Part shown: positions 59,226 through 64,000 of the stretch, one piece after another
How the letters are laid out: each line of letters starts with the position of its first letter
How positions within the stretch are numbered: position 1 is the stretch's first letter
Assembly: GCA_965649825.1 (NCBI GenBank)
Contig: OZ287695.1
Coordinates: forward strand, 434,001 to 498,000
Origin: Penicillus capitatus
Taxonomy: Eukaryota; Plantae; Chlorophyta
Reading direction: 5' to 3'
Length of the DNA: 64,000 bases
Made by a program: the position numbers and the translations under genes
Notes under the pieces: generated by a model
Told to the model about the DNA's origin: nothing
Seen by the model: only the letters and a program-made list of their open reading frames with translations
The model's database searches: none

Positions 59226-62200
59226 TCAGTAAGCAAACGAGATCGCTCCCCGAGCGGAGCCTTCTGTTTCCATCCAGGGCTTCACCTCTTTGTCTTTCAC
59301 CGCCTCGTCGACCATGAAATCGAGTTGTTCTGCCACAGACCCATGTCCTTCGCTGCATCTGGCTTGGACAGATTCAACCAGCTTCTTGCTTCTTTCGATC
59401 AGATGCCAAGCGAATGTGTCGGCGTCATGATCATCATTGCAAGGAAATTCTTGCACATGTTGAAGAGCGGTCGAGGCTTCGCTCAAGGCTGTAGAGAAGT
59501 CATAACGCCCAATGGCATCGTCAATTCGACTCAAAGACTCCATCGCTGCTTCTGCCACTGCATCGTGTTCCTCCAGAGCATTGGTTTGAAAGATATTGCT
59601 AATCTCATCACGGATTGAAGTTCCATCATTGTACTCGGCCGACTGGGTGTACGAAAGGCAAGGACCAGTTGCATCTGTGTGCCCGTTCCAGGCACGGCGG
59701 ATCTGGACCTGAAGCTCCGAGGCAGCTGAAGTCCTTTCTTGGCATGTGGTTGGCGAGATAATAACTCCCTCTGCCATTTCCTTTCTACTCTTATTTCGAA
59801 CGTCAGTGTCGTAGAGGTCGACGAGTAGGAAGATGCTGTCATCACTGATGCCTTTGGATCTCTCAGATTCCAAGAGATCAATCAAGGCTTCCAACTGCGC
59901 ACAAGCACTTCCTCTGTTTATGGTGCCATTCTTGGCACTTTCTAGCTTAGAAGTGATTCCTGAAATGTCAAAAAGGAGGTTCACTTTGAAATCACTTGAA
60001 GAGATGACTGCCTCTCTGGCAATAGCATATGCCTCATCGTTAATACTCTTAACGTTTTCCAGATCCGGAGTCGTCATGCATATGTCAGCGGCCCCCTTCA
60101 GTTTGAGTGCGACATCCCTCTCCAAGCGTCGTTTAGGGATGCCTTGTGGCGATTTTTCGTCAGAATGAATCAAATCGACAGTACTGTTGGCGAACCCGCA
60201 TGTAGAGGGATTGTCGTAGGAAGCAGAGATGCTCAGCATCGAATCGGGGCTGCTCGATTCTGGAAAACTGACAGACACCAGGAACTCGATCTTCTCCTGC
60301 TCGAACACATTCTGTGCGGATGCTGTAAAGCTACCTTGTCCTTGATCCTTCCCTCTAGGGAAGACGCTGTCGATCTTAACATCACTATCGGCTGGGGTAA
60401 ATGCGACCTTGATGTGCTTGGCAGACAAGCCGAGCAATCCACCAATGGCGTCACCAAAGCTGTAAGGAATATCATTTGGCGACTTCAGAATGTACTTCTG
60501 CCCGTTTCCTGCTGCGGCGATCTCCCCCATTTGCACAGCATCGGCCTCTTCCAATGCAAATGTGTACACAGAGACAAGAGCCGGTTCACCGAGTTGCGTT
60601 TGAAGCGTCTCGACGATGGAATCAGTGGATGATGATATGCTGTTTGACAGAAGAAACACAGCATGGGTTCCAGTGCAGCTCGCAATGAGTTGTTGTTGCT
60701 TGACGCCCTCGATTAGAGCCTCTTCGATCTTCCCTGTTCCATTGAACTGAATGGTATCGAACAATGCCTTGACTGTTGACATGTCGTCGATTGTAGTGAA
60801 CTTCGACAAGGGAAGCAGCTCTACGACTCTATCCTCCAATATGATGACACCGAGGCGGACGTTGACATCGTCCTTTGAATCAATCCAGTCAACCAGACGC
60901 TTCAGTGTGCCCACAAGGATCTTAGCGGCATCCCCACTCATCGACTCAGATGTATCAACCACGACTGTGAAAGATAGCAACGGTCGGTTTTCCTCCGCGG
61001 ATGGCGCCTTGAGGGTGTACATGACATCGACATGATGAAATCCTCCGTCTGTCGTCGTCTGAGAAACGGCCTCGCTCACGGAGAGTGTGAAAGGTGAGGA
61101 GGGTGTGATATGCGCTAGGTGCATCTTCGCTTCTGCTATCAACTCCTTCTTGGAGTCCGTCAAGAGATGCTGAACACTTTGGAGATTCTCGTTCGTTGAT
61201 CCTGTCCTCATCCTGACAATAGCGTCATAGAGTTCTGTCAAAGTACGAGCAATCTCGGCATCCTGATATGCGTTCGACGGCGTTCTCAGGAGCCGTTGCA
61301 TGTTCTTGATGTCCTTTTTGGCCTTGGTGATCCATTCTGCCTCCTCCGCCATTCCAATCTCTTCGACAGCTTGCAGAAGGTCATCCAGCCTCCCCGCAGC
61401 CTCGGCATTCTTTCCTTTTTCGTTCAAGTCTATTACTTCAATGAGGAAGGAGCTAAAACTCTGGTGACGAAGTATTTCGGCAAGCACATCGTCATTTGGA
61501 CGGCAACCATGCTGTAGATCTTCTTTATCTGCTTTGAGAAAAGGGATGATGGTACTGTCTGTATGAGTAAAGCCTGTACCAGAGGCCGTGCACCCTCCCT
61601 CAACCATCAACGGTTTGTCTGTGAGACAACCGTTATCCAGTGAAACTGTTATCACGGCGGTTCTTGTTTCGCCTTTCTGCATGTCACCGAAGTCTATTTG
61701 TTTCTTACCCGAGCCAATATCAGTAACGATGTTGTGGGTGGAATTCACCTCCGTAATGGTGACTCCTTCTTCAGCCTCGATCGTATAATGTATGTCATAC
61801 CCGACCTGACTTAACAGACCTACAACAGAAATCACGTTAGTTTAGCAAAAACAGGCAAACAAGGAGAGTTTACCTCCCATGGCGCCTCCAAACCCCATCG
61901 CCATTTCATCTTCGTGTGTGATGTACGAAAAGGTACCTCTTCCGACTCTAGCGATTTCGCGTAACAAATGTTCATTTACTGAATCTCTTAAACCGAACGT
62001 GTAGACGCCTATGTCTGGTCTACTCTTGACCATATTTTTAACTCTTTCGATAATTCCGCCTTCGTCGACGATTCCAACATTTGGAATTCCATCCGTAAAG
62101 ACGAACACGGCGCGGACAAATGGATTTTCCTCTATGTCTTCTTGCTGCTGAGTGAAGCCCTGTTTGATGCCGTCATAAAGATCAGTGTCATCCTGGGCAT

Positions 62201-62627
62201 GAGTTTTCATGATGTCGTCACCGATCTTCTTGGCCCTGGCCGGAGTTACGGCTGCCAGATCTTCCAACTTAGTGACACGGGTAGAGAACTTGAAAGCGCC
62301 GTATTTGTGAGGCGGGGCACGGTTGACGAGGGAGTTCACCAGGTAAACGTTTGCCTCGTGCAACATGTCGATGTCACCTCTCATAGATCCGGAGACATCC
62401 ATAACCGACGTCAACGACACCGGAGCTTTCAGACCCATTCTTGCCTCCACAGTGAGTAGTGCTCTAACCTCCGTCTTGTCCCCATTGCACTCGCAATTAT
62501 CGTACAGATAGGTAAGCTTCGAAATCGTACAAGACTCCGGATTATAAAGCAGTCTCTTGTTGATCTCTTCTGCGTTGGACAAAGTGACAAAAACGAGTAA
62601 CGCAAAGATGCCACGCAGTCGCTTCAT
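59226..62627 (-). CDS. Secreted protein of about 1115 aa with two tandem vWA modules
   Basis: Signal MKRLRGIFALLVFVTLSNA; vWA1 DVSGS...TDL...FTDG; single intron 61821-61874 (GG|LLSQVG); vWA2 DTSES...LLSNS. Each vWA is followed by a beta-rich and a helical segment. Confidence 0.88.
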
Positions 62628-62645
62628 CGTCGTTATAGACAATGG

Positions 62646-62790
62646 GCGAAAGCCTGTCGCGTCAAACATCTCACAGCTCGAACGCAAAGCGGAAGCCTGC
62701 TGCGTGGAAAACTCGCAGCTCGAACGCAAAGCGGAAGCCTGTTGCGTGGAAAACTCGCAGCTCGAACGCTACACGGAAGAAGCTTGCCGT
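62646..62790. repeat. 42-bp tandem repeat (about 3.5 copies) immediately upstream of the vWA gene
   Basis: cagctcgaacgcaaagcggaagcctgctgcgtggaaaactcg at 62674 and 62716, a partial copy at 62758 and a degenerate copy from 62646. Confidence 0.9.
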
Positions 62791-64000
62791 GTCGCGGCAA
62801 AACGGAAAAACACGTGCGATCCGAACGAAACCCGGTAATGGCAAACAGAACTCTCCGTTCTTCAATTTATACCCCAGGAAGTGCCTTTTTGTCCCCCAAG
62901 AGATGCTTACCAATATCTTACGTAAAGGGTATTTTCGTGTTTTTTTGGGAAGACAGCACGGACCTCGATAAACGTGGTTCTCGTTCGCCTGTCTCGAGAA
63001 TATCTAATGGATTTTATTCAGATATGCCGACGTCATCGCGAAGATGCAGTGATGTGACTGGCGATGGTAGGCGTAACGTCTGCTCTGCGTGCTGTCGATA
63101 CAGCACGGAGCATGCTGTCTGTCTTCAGGCACGCTACGCCCTCAACGTTGGCCGAAACCTGGTGCTGTCTGCGAGAAGCTCTCGAGAAAAATCTTTCTTC
63201 TACGCGAAAGACCATCCCTGGTGATCTGATCTAAATGGACACTCGGAGAATCTCACCCTTTCCTTGCCCTTTATTGACTGAAAATCACATCCTCCATGCA
63301 GTTTTAGACGGGTATTGCGCTTGCTGTCCTAAAACTGTTCTCCTGTAGAGACGGCTGATGCAGATCACTATCAAGACAAACCCTCTGGCTGAAGCATTGG
63401 AATGAACGCGCGAGGTCACACTGTTGGAATGAGAGAAGGCTTTTGGACTTCATGGCAGCCCAGTGAGAGATGCCGCAGTGTTCTGATAATGCTGAAAGGA
63501 CCGACGGATCAGCAATCATCGTTCCCTCTGTGATGGACCTAAAATAGAGTGCATGAGATACGGCGCCAGGCATGTGTTTCTTTTCTGCCGTGATTAATGA
63601 CTGCAGATTTCGTTGCATTCTTTCGATGATCTTTCTCCCATCAGGAGAGCATCAAAGATCATCGTGTAACTCAGATTTACACACGTTTTGTCCCGGGCTG
63701 ATTAAAATGAACGTGCAGATATGCGGTTGATGCAAGCAGTGAGCCGGATTATGATGAGACAAAGAGGTGGATTCCCCAGGTGAAGGTCCGGTACATGCAT
63801 ATATGGCCTTCAGTTGCAGGAATTGCTGCTATCCGTGTGAAGAATCTAGTTAGAGGACATTCTGTAGACGCTACCTGGAATCGTCAGATGAGTGGCACTA
63901 GTGGCTTTTTGATTGCATCCGCGTCGGGTCTTTGGCGTGACATCAAGTGTCGGGGGACTATCCAGACGTGATCTGACAGCATCGGCCGATTCTTTCTCCG

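Noticed and set aside
59226-62627. vWA-Hint (Vint/hedgehog-like) autoprocessing protein
   Set aside because: No Hint motifs were found after either vWA domain.
1-64000. tRNA, rRNA, telomeric or spliced-leader sequences
   Set aside because: No convincing cloverleaf, rRNA signature or telomere array was seen by eye; tRNAscan-SE and Infernal were not run.

Overview
This is eukaryotic nuclear DNA in the standard genetic code, with many very short (about 40-60 nt) spliceosomal introns. The six-frame ORF track therefore fragments most genes, and many listed ORFs are antisense shadows. The gene set is green-lineage with flagellar genes: plastid PFK, PSRP4/S31, DUF751, TIGR04168, PHT4, KCBP, EF-hand RBOH, Tctex-1, roadblock and PIH1/Kintoun. 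A green alga, possibly siphonous (Bryopsidales), is my inference, not a verified assignment. Layout: (1) 1-14 kb is an accessory block with two tail-to-tail paralogues of a trypsin + ankyrin-array fusion, flanking a segmental duplicate of CHCHD2/MOGS-3' and hAT and LINE relics; (2) 15.4-45.3 kb is an extremely compact housekeeping block; (3) 45.6-64 kb is lower in GC and holds two SOUL paralogues, KCBP, a bestrophin and a secreted double-vWA protein. The best candidate for an undescribed system is the trypsin-ankyrin family. It combines an activatable S1 protease with fixed N- and C-caps and a variable stack of 99-nt phase-0 one-repeat exons (18 vs 9), and one copy shows recent exon+intron tandem amplification. 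All gene models were spliced by hand and no database searches were run, so boundaries are approximate and novelty is unverified.
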